Origin: a virus
Lineage: Duplodnaviria; Caudoviricetes
Virus record (IMG/VR): IMGVR_UViG_3300030330_000263
Location: 1 to 26,156 of that record
Reading direction: 5' to 3' (one strand)
Length of the DNA stretch: 26,156 nucleotides
How positions within the stretch are numbered: the stretch's first letter is position 1; each line of letters opens with the position of its first letter. This document shows positions 17,960 to 26,156 of this stretch, piece after piece. A program made the position numbers and the translations under genes. The notes beneath the pieces are model-generated. The model did no database searches. It was not told the origin of the DNA and saw only the letters and a list, made by a program, of their open reading frames with translations.

Positions 17960-20080
17960 ATGCAGTTAGAACCATTAGATAAAGACGAGATTGAAAGCAT
18001 TGTTTCCAAAGCGATACAAGATGCAGTGGATTTTATTCAAGAAGAGATAGAACCTCAAAGAACAAAAGCTCAACGCTATTATGACCTAGAATGTGATCTC
18101 GGTTTTGAGGAAGGTCGAAGCAGCGTTGTTTCAAGTAAATGTCGTGAGGTTGTTCGTGGCATCAAGCCATCATTGCAAAGAGTGTTTTTGCAAAATGATA
18201 AGCCAGTAGAATTTATTCCACGTGGTCAGGAAGATGTTCCAACGGCTGAACAGGCGACACAGTTTATCAATTACAAGTTTGGTCAACTAGACGGATACAA
18301 GTTAATTAGCGATGTTTTCCAAGATGCTTTAGTCAAAAAAACTGGTATAGCTTACTGCTATTACAACGAAGAAATGAAACAGGAAACGCACACATTGCGA
18401 AACCTGTCAGATGATGAGTTTGCTTTGGTTACTCAGGGTGATGATGTGGAAATCATCGAACACGAAGAAACAATGGCTATGGTTGTTGATGAAAATGGTG
18501 TTGACGTAGAACTTCCTGTTCACGATGTAACGGTTGCTAAAAATTATGAGGATGGCGACATTTGCATAGAGAGCATTCCACCAGAGGATTTTTTCGTAGA
18601 CAGAAACGCTAGATCAATCGAAGATTATTACGTGTGTGGTCATAGCACAGAAATGCGTATTTCAGATTTATTGGCAATGGGCTTTGACTTGGATGACTTA
18701 GCAGACATTGATAAAACCGAATATTCTGTAACAGATGATGAGGCTGAGTTTGAGCGCCGTGGTTATTCTGTAGCCGATGCAGAGGATGAGAACCCAAGCG
18801 CATCATCTACGAAAGTTACTGTCACACAAGCTTTTATGGAATTAGATGTACAGGGGACAGGCGTTCCCCAGCTTTATCAATTTCTTTGTGTAGGAGCGAT
18901 GTATAAGCTTCTAAATTTTTACGAAGCAGACACCGCTCCGTATGCAATTTTTGAGATAGATCCAGAGCCCCACGCATTTTTTGGCACAAGCTTGGTAGAC
19001 TTAACAATAACAGACCAAGATGCATCTACTTCTATGCTTCGTGGCATATTGGATAACGCTGCTTTGACAAACAACCCAGCCGTACAAATACTCGATGGTC
19101 AGGTTGCCGTAGAGGATTTACTTAACAACGAGATAGGACGGGTGGTCAGAGTTAAGTCGCCAAATGCGATTACAGAAATGGCTGTTCCATTTACAGCGGC
19201 TCAGACATTGCCAGCCCTACAGTATTTTGACCAGCTAGTAGATAATAAAACTGGCGTCAGCAAAATGGCTCAAGGTTTAGATCCAGAGGTTCTCAAAAGC
19301 GCTACAGCTACCAGCGTTGCAGCATCTATGGAAGGACAGGCTGGGCAAGCGGAAGTTATTGCCAGAAACTTAGCTGAAGGTGGCATGAAACGTCTATTTA
19401 AGATGATGCTGGATCTTTACGTCAAAAATACTGACAAAGAAGAAATTATGCGTATGAATGGTTCGTTTATCCCCGTAGACCCACGTGCTTGGACCACAGA
19501 CATGGATTTGATAGTTAATGTAGGTCTGGGTACTGGAAGAGAAAACGAACGTCTAGCGTCGCTTCAGATGGCTTTTGGAGTACAACAGCAAATTTATCAA
19601 ACATATGGCCCGATGAACGGAGTGGTTACGCTGACTCAAATTCGAAACACATTAGCAGATATTTTAGCTATTGGTGGAATTAGAAATCCAGACAGACACT
19701 TCATGCCAATGTCGCCAGAAATTGAGCAACAAATGATGATGCAAGCGCAACAACAGCAAATGATGATGGCTCAGCAAAATCAACAGGCAGATCCAGCGCA
19801 AGCATTGATGCAAGCTGAAGCGATGAAAGCTCAAACAAAAGCTCAGATTGACATGGCAAAGATGTCTATGGATAATCAGTACAAAATGCATGAGCTTGGC
19901 ATGAAGGATGATCTAGAGCGAGATAAGATGGTGCAAGATTTGGCTATCGAGGTTGCAAAGGTTCTTGGTCAGTATGGAACGGCTGTTGACGTGCAAGGAA
20001 TTAAACAAGAGCAAGATGCTGAAAGGCAGCATAACGAAGCTATGAAAAATATGGGTATGAATGGATCTAGCAGCTATTGA
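17960..20080 (+). CDS. Portal protein (P22/SU10-like)
   Basis: EEGRSSVVS, VEFIPRGQEDV.TAEQAT, FQDALVKKTG, PEPHAFFG.SL.DL, LRGILDN. Gln/Met-rich C-terminal barrel helix. Confidence 0.92.
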   Translation: MQLEPLDKDEIESIVSKAIQDAVDFIQEEIEPQRTKAQRYYDLECDLGFEEGRSSVVSSKCREVVRGIKPSLQRVFLQNDKPVEFIPRGQEDVPTAEQATQFINYKFGQLDGYKLISDVFQDALVKKTGIAYCYYNEEMKQETHTLRNLSDDEFALVTQGDDVEIIEHEETMAMVVDENGVDVELPVHDVTVAKNYEDGDICIESIPPEDFFVDRNARSIEDYYVCGHSTEMRISDLLAMGFDLDDLADIDKTEYSVTDDEAEFERRGYSVADAEDENPSASSTKVTVTQAFMELDVQGTGVPQLYQFLCVGAMYKLLNFYEADTAPYAIFEIDPEPHAFFGTSLVDLTITDQDASTSMLRGILDNAALTNNPAVQILDGQVAVEDLLNNEIGRVVRVKSPNAITEMAVPFTAAQTLPALQYFDQLVDNKTGVSKMAQGLDPEVLKSATATSVAASMEGQAGQAEVIARNLAEGGMKRLFKMMLDLYVKNTDKEEIMRMNGSFIPVDPRAWTTDMDLIVNVGLGTGRENERLASLQMAFGVQQQIYQTYGPMNGVVTLTQIRNTLADILAIGGIRNPDRHFMPMSPEIEQQMMMQAQQQQMMMAQQNQQADPAQALMQAEAMKAQTKAQIDMAKMSMDNQYKMHELGMKDDLERDKMVQDLAIEVAKVLGQYGTAVDVQGIKQEQDAERQHNEAMKNMGMNGSSSY

Positions 20081-20318
20081 ATTAAAGGCTAAAAAATCCA
20101 AATCTTTATTAGAAGATGAACGATTTATAGAAGTCTTACAGGATTTGCGTAAAACTCAATTTGAAGTTTTCGCAAGTAGCAGCGCCTCAGAGGTGGATAA
20201 ACGTGAGGATGCTCACGCCATACTTAGGGCATTAACTGAAATTGAGAGATTACTAAACGCGAATGTAGACGCTGTAACTCTCTTAGCAAAGAAGGGAAAG
20301 CACCGTGGAAACGACTAA
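20061..20318 (+). CDS. Small helical protein between portal and scaffold
   Basis: Overlaps both neighbours. AK.LL.D..F..V / RE.A...LRAL pattern is common at this position. Confidence 0.7.
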   Translation: MDLAAIELKAKKSKSLLEDERFIEVLQDLRKTQFEVFASSSASEVDKREDAHAILRALTEIERLLNANVDAVTLLAKKGKHRGND

Positions 20319-21303
20319 CCCATTAGGGGCAAATTTGATGGATGTTGCCGACAACCTAATTGTGGAAAATCCATCTAATCCAGAACCAAAGGCAAAGGAA
20401 CCTGTTGAGGCAACTGAGGACACTCAGACTGAAGCAGTAGAGGATGCCGATGTAGTAGAGGATGTCGATGATACATCAGACATCGATGAGGAAGTTGTAG
20501 AAACTGAAGAAGCTGGTGTTGAGGATGTTGAGGAAGAAGAGCCAACAGTTGATCCAGAGCCTTATTACACTGTCAAAGTTGATGGTGAGGAAAGAGAGGT
20601 AACCTTGGAAGAGCTGAAAAGGGGCTACTCAGGACAAAAGTACATCCAAAAGGGTATGACTGAAGTTGCAGAAACTCGCAAACAATTCGAGCAAGAGCAA
20701 CAAGAGACTGCCCGTGAACGTCAATTGCTGAAAACTTTAATTACCCAAATGCAGCAAGGTGGTATGCCCGTTGTGCCAGAATATCCAAGTGAGGAACTTT
20801 TTAAAAGTGACCCTTTCATGCATCAACGTAAGGCAGAAGAGTATCGCCGCGCCGTAGATTTACGTCAGCAATGGGAACAAAACGTAAAGTATATTGCTCA
20901 ACGAGAACAAGAAGAGCAAGATCGTGCATACGCAGAAAATCTAGAACAGCAACATTTAAGGTTAGCTGAATGGATGCCTGAGTTTAAGGACGAGACTAAG
21001 CGTAAGGATCTCATTGCGGATATGACCAAGAAAGCGAAACAGTATTATGATTTGACAGACGAACAGATCAGTACAGTACAAACCGCTGAAGAGGTTCGTA
21101 TCCTTAATGACGCTCTGAAATGGCGACATCTACAGTCTACCAAACCAGAGGCTAAGAAAAAAGCTGAAGGGGCGAGGCCAGTTGTTAAGCCAGCGGCTAA
21201 ACGAGCGGCAGGATCTGCAAAGGCAAATAAAAGAACTAAAGCAACGACGGCAATGAAACAATCAGGTAGTATCGATGATGCTGCAAACTGGTTATTATCT
21301 TAA
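20305..21303 (+). CDS. Capsid scaffolding protein
   Basis: GTG start, very acidic N-terminus, YTVKVDGEEREVTLEELKRGYS motif, coiled coil, basic C-terminus ending KQSGSIDDAA. Confidence 0.88.
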   Translation: METTNPLGANLMDVADNLIVENPSNPEPKAKEPVEATEDTQTEAVEDADVVEDVDDTSDIDEEVVETEEAGVEDVEEEEPTVDPEPYYTVKVDGEEREVTLEELKRGYSGQKYIQKGMTEVAETRKQFEQEQQETARERQLLKTLITQMQQGGMPVVPEYPSEELFKSDPFMHQRKAEEYRRAVDLRQQWEQNVKYIAQREQEEQDRAYAENLEQQHLRLAEWMPEFKDETKRKDLIADMTKKAKQYYDLTDEQISTVQTAEEVRILNDALKWRHLQSTKPEAKKKAEGARPVVKPAAKRAAGSAKANKRTKATTAMKQSGSIDDAANWLLS

Positions 21304-21327
21304 TCTTTTGTCAAAAGGACTAAAATC

Positions 21328-22317
21328 ATGGCTGTAACAGCTAACACACAAGAGACATATGATGTCACAACAATTCGTGAGGATTTGCAAGAAGCATTAA
21401 CCTCAATAACTCCAACAGAAACTTTGCTGATGAGTACAATCGGCTCTAAGAACGTAGACAATACGTTTTACGAGTGGGCAGAAGTAGATCTGGCGGCAAC
21501 TAGTGCAAACAGGGCTATAGAGGGCGATTCGGGATTGTCCAATACGGCTGCCACAAATGCCGTGAGAAAAGGGGCATATACTCAGATCTCAACCAAGGTC
21601 ACAGAGGTATCCTCGACAGCTAATCAGGTAAATGGCGTTGCAAATGCTCAGACAACCGCTAAGCAGGTCGCCTATAAGCTTGCCGAGCTCAAGAGGGACA
21701 TGGAAGCCATGTTGCTTGATAACGTAGCCAACGACGCTGGTAGCAGCGGTAACGCACGTTCTACGGCTGGTTTACCAGCATATCTGACCACAAACGTATC
21801 ACGTGGTACAGGTGGTGCTAACGGTACAACTTCTGGTACTGGTGAAGCTGGTTTTGTCAATGCTGCGGCTACTGACGGCACACTTCGCCCTATAACGGAA
21901 GCGCTTCTCAAATCGGTCATAAAATCGTGCTGGGAGCAAGGTGCTGATCCGTCAATCGTGATGTGTGGTGCGGCTCAGAAGCAAACTATTTCTGGGTTCA
22001 CTGGTAACGCTACAAAGTTTCAAGACGTAGATGCTAAAAAATTAACCGCTGCGGTAGATATTTATATTTCTGATTTTTCTACCGTACAAGTGGTTCCAAA
22101 TAGGCACATGCGTAAGCGTACAGTGTCCAGCGTGGTGCACACACCAGACGTGCTAGTGCTTGATCCAAACTTTGCAGAGGTTGCTTACCTACAGACTGCT
22201 AAGCAAGAGCCGTTGGCGAAGACAGGGCTGTCAGAGCGCCGATTAATCTCATGTGAATATGGCTTACAGGTAACTTCGCAAAAAGCCCATGGGATCGTGG
22301 CAGACATCCAAAACTAA
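21328..22317 (+). CDS. Major capsid protein (DUF5309 / SU10 MCP-like)
   Basis: IREDL...I.PTET, EW..DL, YTQIS.K, ELKRDME, VDIYISDF, LAKTG.SE...I.CEYGL.V...KAHG. Confidence 0.93.
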   Translation: MAVTANTQETYDVTTIREDLQEALTSITPTETLLMSTIGSKNVDNTFYEWAEVDLAATSANRAIEGDSGLSNTAATNAVRKGAYTQISTKVTEVSSTANQVNGVANAQTTAKQVAYKLAELKRDMEAMLLDNVANDAGSSGNARSTAGLPAYLTTNVSRGTGGANGTTSGTGEAGFVNAAATDGTLRPITEALLKSVIKSCWEQGADPSIVMCGAAQKQTISGFTGNATKFQDVDAKKLTAAVDIYISDFSTVQVVPNRHMRKRTVSSVVHTPDVLVLDPNFAEVAYLQTAKQEPLAKTGLSERRLISCEYGLQVTSQKAHGIVADIQN

Positions 22318-22320
22318 TTG

Positions 22321-22348
22321 AAAAAAGGTGGGGCAGAAATGCCCCATC
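22321..22348. terminator. GC-rich hairpin after the capsid gene
   Basis: GGTGGGGCA-GAAA-TGCCCCATC (22327-22348). The A6 tract at 22321-22326 gives a U-tract only on the minus strand. Confidence 0.65.
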
Positions 22349-22366
22349 ACCTAACAGGAGATAGAG

Positions 22367-22633
22367 ATGAAAATTAAAATAACCTCAGATAAAAACCCTT
22401 GGGCGGCTGGTTCGCCTTGTGCCAAAGGTCAAGAGATTGAAATAGATGATGCTGAAGGTGCAATCTTGGTAGAAGCTGGAATGGCATTAGAAATCGGCGC
22501 ATCAAAACCTAAAAGAGCTAGAACAGCAAAAGGTAAACTTAAAGCTGATGATCCTAGCACCCCAGATGTAAACGAAGCTTGGGAAGACGGAAAAGGCCCT
22601 GCTAAAAAAACAAAAAAGAAAACTAAAAAATGA
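22367..22633 (+). CDS. Small protein with KADDPSTPDVNEAW motif and basic tail
   Basis: AGGAG RBS. KPKRARTAKGKLKADDPSTPDVNEAWEDG. Position after MCP suggests a head-associated protein. Confidence 0.75.
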   Translation: MKIKITSDKNPWAAGSPCAKGQEIEIDDAEGAILVEAGMALEIGASKPKRARTAKGKLKADDPSTPDVNEAWEDGKGPAKKTKKKTKK

Positions 22634-22905
22634 GCGTTCAAACAAAATATTTTGACGAAGATGGTAAAATTATAATTAACCGTAGTCAGGATGTTCAGCG
22701 CATTTTAGATTGGAATAAAGAGCGCAACATAGAAGGTCACAACAGAAAATCTGACATGAGACATGTTGGATCTGTTCCGTTTGTTGTGATTGAAATGTGG
22801 ATGAAGGAATGTGGTGCTAAATTAGGTAGCCAAGAGTTTAATGAATACGTCAAGAAAAAACTTACTTCTGGTGAGTTTAGCAAGCTCATAGCTCACGGAT
22901 ACTGA
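22630..22905 (+). CDS. Hypothetical phage protein
   Basis: ATGA-coupled. QDVQRILDWNK and MRHVGSVP.VVIE.W pattern. Confidence 0.75.
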   Translation: MSVQTKYFDEDGKIIINRSQDVQRILDWNKERNIEGHNRKSDMRHVGSVPFVVIEMWMKECGAKLGSQEFNEYVKKKLTSGEFSKLIAHGY

Positions 22906-23306
22906 TGGAACTGCCCAAGGTAAATATCGCTCTGGCTGGTAGCGCAGTAATAGCAATCTGTAGTACCTTGGGGGGTGGCGTCTGGTATATGAGCCAGCAA
23001 GCCTCAGTAATTGAAGCATTGCAATCAGATTTGGAAAAGTTAACTGTAGAAAACTCAGCCGTAGACCGCACCAATTTGATCAGGGATGTTCAAGAAAATG
23101 CTGAAAAAATAACTGACATAATTGATTATATTTCCATAGTTGAAGAAGAAGGTGGAGAAACTATAGACGAAATATATGAAGAGATAGACACATTGCATGA
23201 AGAGACTGCTTCTATGGCTCAACATATGATGGCTATAATTAAGCTGCAAGCAAGAGTTGCAGTCTTAGAAAAGACAGTAGAGTTTACCCGTAACGACGGG
23301 ATGTAG
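22905..23306 (+). CDS. Membrane-anchored coiled-coil protein (possibly spanin-like)
   Basis: N-terminal hydrophobic segment IALAGSAVIAICSTLGGGVWY followed by an acidic heptad-rich region. Confidence 0.6.
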   Translation: MELPKVNIALAGSAVIAICSTLGGGVWYMSQQASVIEALQSDLEKLTVENSAVDRTNLIRDVQENAEKITDIIDYISIVEEEGGETIDEIYEEIDTLHEETASMAQHMMAIIKLQARVAVLEKTVEFTRNDGM

Positions 23307-23308
23307 AT

Positions 23309-23776
23309 ATGGACCCTCTAACAATAATGGGGATTGTAAAATCCTCTTTAATGGCTGGCAAAACCGTTGCAAGTCTGTCTAAAGAAATTGGGCAGTTTTT
23401 TGACGCAACCGACAACGCCAAAAAGAAATTACAAAAAAAAGGTATTACTACTAAAGACGCACGATCTGAGGCATATGCAAGGTGGGAATCAGAGTTAAAA
23501 GCTGCCCAAGCTGAAGAGGAATTAAAACAGTGGATTTGTGATCCAAGAAATGGACTAGGACCATCACACTGGAAAACTTTGTTGAAGATCCGAAGGGAAG
23601 TTTTAGCAGAAAAACGCGAAGCAGAGCGTCTAGCAAGGCGTGAGGCGCAGGAAAGGGCTGACTTGGCACTTACAGTCGCGTCAATCGTTTTGCTTCTCAC
23701 GGCCTCTGCGATTGGCAGTACGGCCTATTTGCACCACATGGGCTGGCTAAACATATGGGATTACTGGCCGTGGTAG
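23309..23776 (+). CDS. Helical protein with C-terminal transmembrane segment
   Basis: MDPLTI N-terminus, charged coiled coil, then LALTVASIVLLLTASAIG. Confidence 0.7.
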   Translation: MDPLTIMGIVKSSLMAGKTVASLSKEIGQFFDATDNAKKKLQKKGITTKDARSEAYARWESELKAAQAEEELKQWICDPRNGLGPSHWKTLLKIRREVLAEKREAERLARREAQERADLALTVASIVLLLTASAIGSTAYLHHMGWLNIWDYWPW

Positions 23777-23949
23777 TTTATGTTTTAGTTTTTATTCAAT
23801 TTGTGAATACAGATAATTTAAGGTTCTATCAAATAGCAACCTTTCCCGAAATGAGCCAATGCCAAGAAGAAAAAAAGAGAGCAAGCGTAATGAAAAATCA
23901 CTCCAGTCAGGAACTTTTGTGTTTGGAGATAACAACCCAGTTGCCGTAG
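23755..23949 (+). CDS. Small membrane/exported protein with two Cys (start uncertain)
   Basis: Hydrophobic N-terminus and F..M.QC..E.........LLCLE pattern. Confidence 0.55.
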   Translation: MGLLAVVVYVLVFIQFVNTDNLRFYQIATFPEMSQCQEEKKRASVMKNHSSQELLCLEITTQLP

Positions 23950-24068
23950 AGCGTGGCAAAAAATGGGCTGTTTACGATAAAAATGGTAAATTAATTATAT
24001 TAGGTTATAATAGGCGCATATGTCAGGAGTATGCAGATGACAGAGTTCGAGAAGCTGGACACCGATAA
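23859..24068 (+). CDS. Small hypothetical protein (true start probably nearer 23940)
   Basis: The C-terminal part WAVYDKNGKLIILG..RRIC is protein-like and fills the gap 23950-24030. Confidence 0.4.
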   Translation: MPRRKKESKRNEKSLQSGTFVFGDNNPVAVERGKKWAVYDKNGKLIILGYNRRICQEYADDRVREAGHR

Positions 24069-24351
24069 AAATGGCTCTTTAGATAAAGATGAATTTAGAG
24101 CTTTAGAGATCGAAGATAAAAAACTTATCATGTACGACAACGATGCTAAACGCAATCTGGAGAGAAAACTAGTAACAATGTCAGCGTTTGGTTTAATTTT
24201 GTATCCTTTAGTAATTATATTGGCTTCATGGTTAGGATTAGATCAGGCAGCAAGTTTAGTTACAGACGTTGCAAGCGTGTTTGTTGTGGCTAGTAGCGGT
24301 ATTATTGTCGGATATATGGGTGTAAATGCAATCAGGGAGAAAAATCAATGA
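24037..24351 (+). CDS. EF-hand-containing two-TM membrane protein (holin/antiholin candidate)
   Basis: DTDKNGSLDKDE is a canonical 12-residue EF loop, followed by two hydrophobic segments. AGGAG at 24025-24029 fits ATG 24037. Confidence 0.7.
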   Translation: MTEFEKLDTDKNGSLDKDEFRALEIEDKKLIMYDNDAKRNLERKLVTMSAFGLILYPLVIILASWLGLDQAASLVTDVASVFVVASSGIIVGYMGVNAIREKNQ

Positions 24352-24731
24352 TACAAGGTTTAATCGGCCCTATAGCTTCACTCGCAGGATCTTGGCTCGA
24401 TGCAAAGACAACAAAGCAAGCAGCCGAGGCTAAGTTAAAACTTACAGAGGCAGAAGCTCGTAGTAAAATTTTACTCTCGGAAAAGACCTCAGTCGCTGAC
24501 TGGGAGAGGATTATGGCGCAGGGTACTACAAACTCCTATAAAGACGAGTATTTAGTAATTTTGTTTAGCATACCATTAATTTTGAGCTTCTGTGGCGAAT
24601 GGGGTCGTGTGACTGTCGCAGAGGGCTTTGTAGCGCTCCAAGCCATGCCAGAGTGGTATCAATACACTTTAGGCGTTATCGTAGCCAGTAGCTTCGCTGT
24701 GCGTTCTGCTACTAAATTTTTTAAGAGGTAA
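24348..24731 (+). CDS. Holin, GTA_holin_3TM-like
   Basis: LIGPIASL N-terminus, SYKDEYLVILFSIPLILSF, and MPEWYQYTLGVIVASSF.VR. Lies immediately upstream of the endolysin. Confidence 0.75.
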   Translation: MIQGLIGPIASLAGSWLDAKTTKQAAEAKLKLTEAEARSKILLSEKTSVADWERIMAQGTTNSYKDEYLVILFSIPLILSFCGEWGRVTVAEGFVALQAMPEWYQYTLGVIVASSFAVRSATKFFKR

Positions 24732-24733
24732 AT

Positions 24734-25162
24734 ATGAGAGATATTGATGAAATAATTATACACGCAACTGCAACCAATCCGAGTTGGATGGCAGATAGAC
24801 CTGTCGAGGATGTAGTCACAGAGATCCGTAGATGGCACGTAGAGGAACGAAAGTGGTCTGATATAGGTTACCATGCTGTAATTCACAGAGATGGCTCAGT
24901 GGGCTTTGGACGGCCTGTGGAGCGATCTGGCGCTCATGTGGGTGGTAGAAACAAGACAACAATCGGAGTCAGCTTAGTCGGTGGTCGAGGTGGCGTTGCT
25001 GATGGAGAGTTCTCTGATAACTTTACTCCAGAGCAAGAAGCTGCACTTAGAAAGCTCATCGATGATTATAAAAATCAGTTTCCTAGCATCAAAGCAGTGA
25101 CAGGTCATAATGAGTATGCGTCAAAAGCCTGCCCCTGCTTTTCTGTTCGTGCTTGGCTTTAG
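24734..25162 (+). CDS. Endolysin, N-acetylmuramoyl-L-alanine amidase (Amidase_2, T7 gp3.5-like)
   Basis: IIIHATAT, WSDIGYH, GAHV.G.N..IGV.LVGG, GHNE..KACPCF (Zn ligands His/His/Cys). Confidence 0.93.
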   Translation: MRDIDEIIIHATATNPSWMADRPVEDVVTEIRRWHVEERKWSDIGYHAVIHRDGSVGFGRPVERSGAHVGGRNKTTIGVSLVGGRGGVADGEFSDNFTPEQEAALRKLIDDYKNQFPSIKAVTGHNEYASKACPCFSVRAWL

Positions 25163-25566
25163 TGTAGCAACAATATTTTATTAACGATCTTTCGATCAAT
25201 TTCACACTGGTCGATAGCTTCTTGCAACATTGTACAAAATGCTTTCGGGTCAGCGATAATATGATTTTTGTCGAAGTCGTGAGTAAAATGTTTCTCTACA
25301 AATGCTATTGATTGTTTTTTTTGTTTAATCAGACCGTCTACATAATCGTTAAAAAACTCTTTAAGTAACTCAATATCCTCTCTTTGAATTCTTCCACCAG
25401 TAAAACGTCTGAAAGGTTTTATTATATCGTGATCAGTTTCAACTGATACCCAAGTATCCCAAGATTGTCTAAAGGCTTTGTTTACTGTCTTCTCAAGCGA
25501 ATAGAAAATGTTAGTTCTAGGTATAATTTTTTGATCTGGACTTGATTCATATAGATGATTTTTCAT
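25159..25566 (-). CDS. Hypothetical protein
   Basis: 135-aa ORF converging on the endolysin with a 4-nt stop overlap, preceded by an AT-rich intergenic region. Confidence 0.65.
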   Translation of the reverse strand: MKNHLYESSPDQKIIPRTNIFYSLEKTVNKAFRQSWDTWVSVETDHDIIKPFRRFTGGRIQREDIELLKEFFNDYVDGLIKQKKQSIAFVEKHFTHDFDKNHIIADPKAFCTMLQEAIDQCEIDRKIVNKILLLH

Positions 25567-25597
25567 TTTCTTTTTCCGTTAGTTTTTAATGTATAAT

Positions 25598-25641
25598 TTA
25601 TTTATAACATATGATTCGTTAAATTTGCCTAGTTGCGTCAA
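25598..25641 (-). promoter_or_regulatory. Putative minus-strand promoter region containing a GANTC site
   Basis: Minus strand shows TTGACG (25641-25636), CGAATCA (25618-25612) and TG-T-TATAAA upstream of ATG 25566. Confidence 0.4.
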
Positions 25642-25675
25642 AAAAAATCATAAGTAATTGATCTGTAAATAAACT

Positions 25676-25882
25676 TTACCAAGGTCTAAGTTTGGGTCTA
25701 ACTAATCTGGAGATGACATCACTAACGTCACAATGACCCTCATGTGCGTTTATCTGATCGTAAAGTGTACCGTTATTTAAGAGTACGCTCCAACAATCTT
25801 CCTCACTGGAAAACCAAATGCTGACATACATTTCATATTCTAAAACAGTGTAGCCAAGCGTCAAAAGCGTCATGTAATCCAT
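25676..25882 (-). CDS. Small hypothetical protein with two Cys
   Basis: TGATG-coupled to the upstream gene. F.SEEDCW...HCDVS...RPKLRP. Confidence 0.65.
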   Translation of the reverse strand: MDYMTLLTLGYTVLEYEMYVSIWFSSEEDCWSVLLNNGTLYDQINAHEGHCDVSDVISRLVRPKLRPW

Positions 25883-26154
25883 CAGACTTGATTCCTGCTA
25901 TATTCAAGTCCTTTTACTCTTTTGTTTTTGCTTGGTATTAAATCAACTCTCTCTCGCGGTAACTTATAACGGTAGATTGTATCTTGGACTGTCGAAAGCT
26001 GTAAATCTAAAATGTCAGCTATTTGAATAGGTTTTAATTTGTGACGGATCATCTTGTTAATCATTCTAACGCGAGGAGTGGCTTGTATAGTGTCTTTTCG
26101 TCTGTGTTTGTTTGCTTCTTCTTTGTTTTTTTGACTTGCTATTGAGGAGTCCAG
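25882..26154 (-). CDS. Helix-turn-helix DNA-binding protein (5'-partial)
   Basis: PIQIADILDLQLSTVQDTIYRYKL is HTH-like. The frame stays open upstream of 26064 to the window edge. Confidence 0.6.
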   Translation of the reverse strand: MDSSIASQKNKEEANKHRRKDTIQATPRVRMINKMIRHKLKPIQIADILDLQLSTVQDTIYRYKLPRERVDLIPSKNKRVKGLEYSRNQV

Positions 26155-26156
26155 TA

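Noticed and set aside
19725-19830. Gln/Met run in the portal as a repeat expansion
   Set aside because: Low-complexity Gln-rich C-terminal helices are ordinary for P22-like portals.
383-24886. The many short minus-strand and alternate-frame ORFs in the track (e.g. 16279-16845, 9031-9429, 23284-23700)
   Set aside because: They are shadows of well-supported + strand genes and have no recognisable motifs.
1-26156. Prophage or gene transfer agent
   Set aside because: No integrase, att site or host genes are visible. The podovirus-type portal and ejection set differ from siphovirus-like RcGTA despite the GTA-type holin. Lifestyle cannot be decided from this window.

Overview
The window is the morphogenesis and lysis arm of a tailed dsDNA phage with a podovirus-type (P22/SU10-like) architecture. 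A marine alphaproteobacterial host is plausible but inferred. The + strand is densely packed and often translationally coupled. In order it carries the 3' part of the terminase large subunit, a cluster of very basic mini-genes (two missed by the ORF track), a large probable virion protein with a GNAT-like domain, the head-tail adaptor and tail-fibre genes. The fibre block includes an AT-rich cassette pairing a Ser/Thr 10-aa-repeat protein with a KpsS/KpsC-like glycosyltransferase, plus a T-even gp38-like glycine-rich adhesin. Next come a nozzle carrying an inserted cupredoxin-like domain and the ejection proteins (one with an SLT transglycosylase). Portal, scaffold and major capsid follow unusually late, then a multi-membrane-protein lysis region (EF-hand membrane protein, GTA-type holin, T7-type amidase). 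Three convergent minus-strand genes end the window. No rRNA, tRNA, CRISPR, integrase or transposase was seen. Family calls rest on motif recognition and synteny, not database searches.
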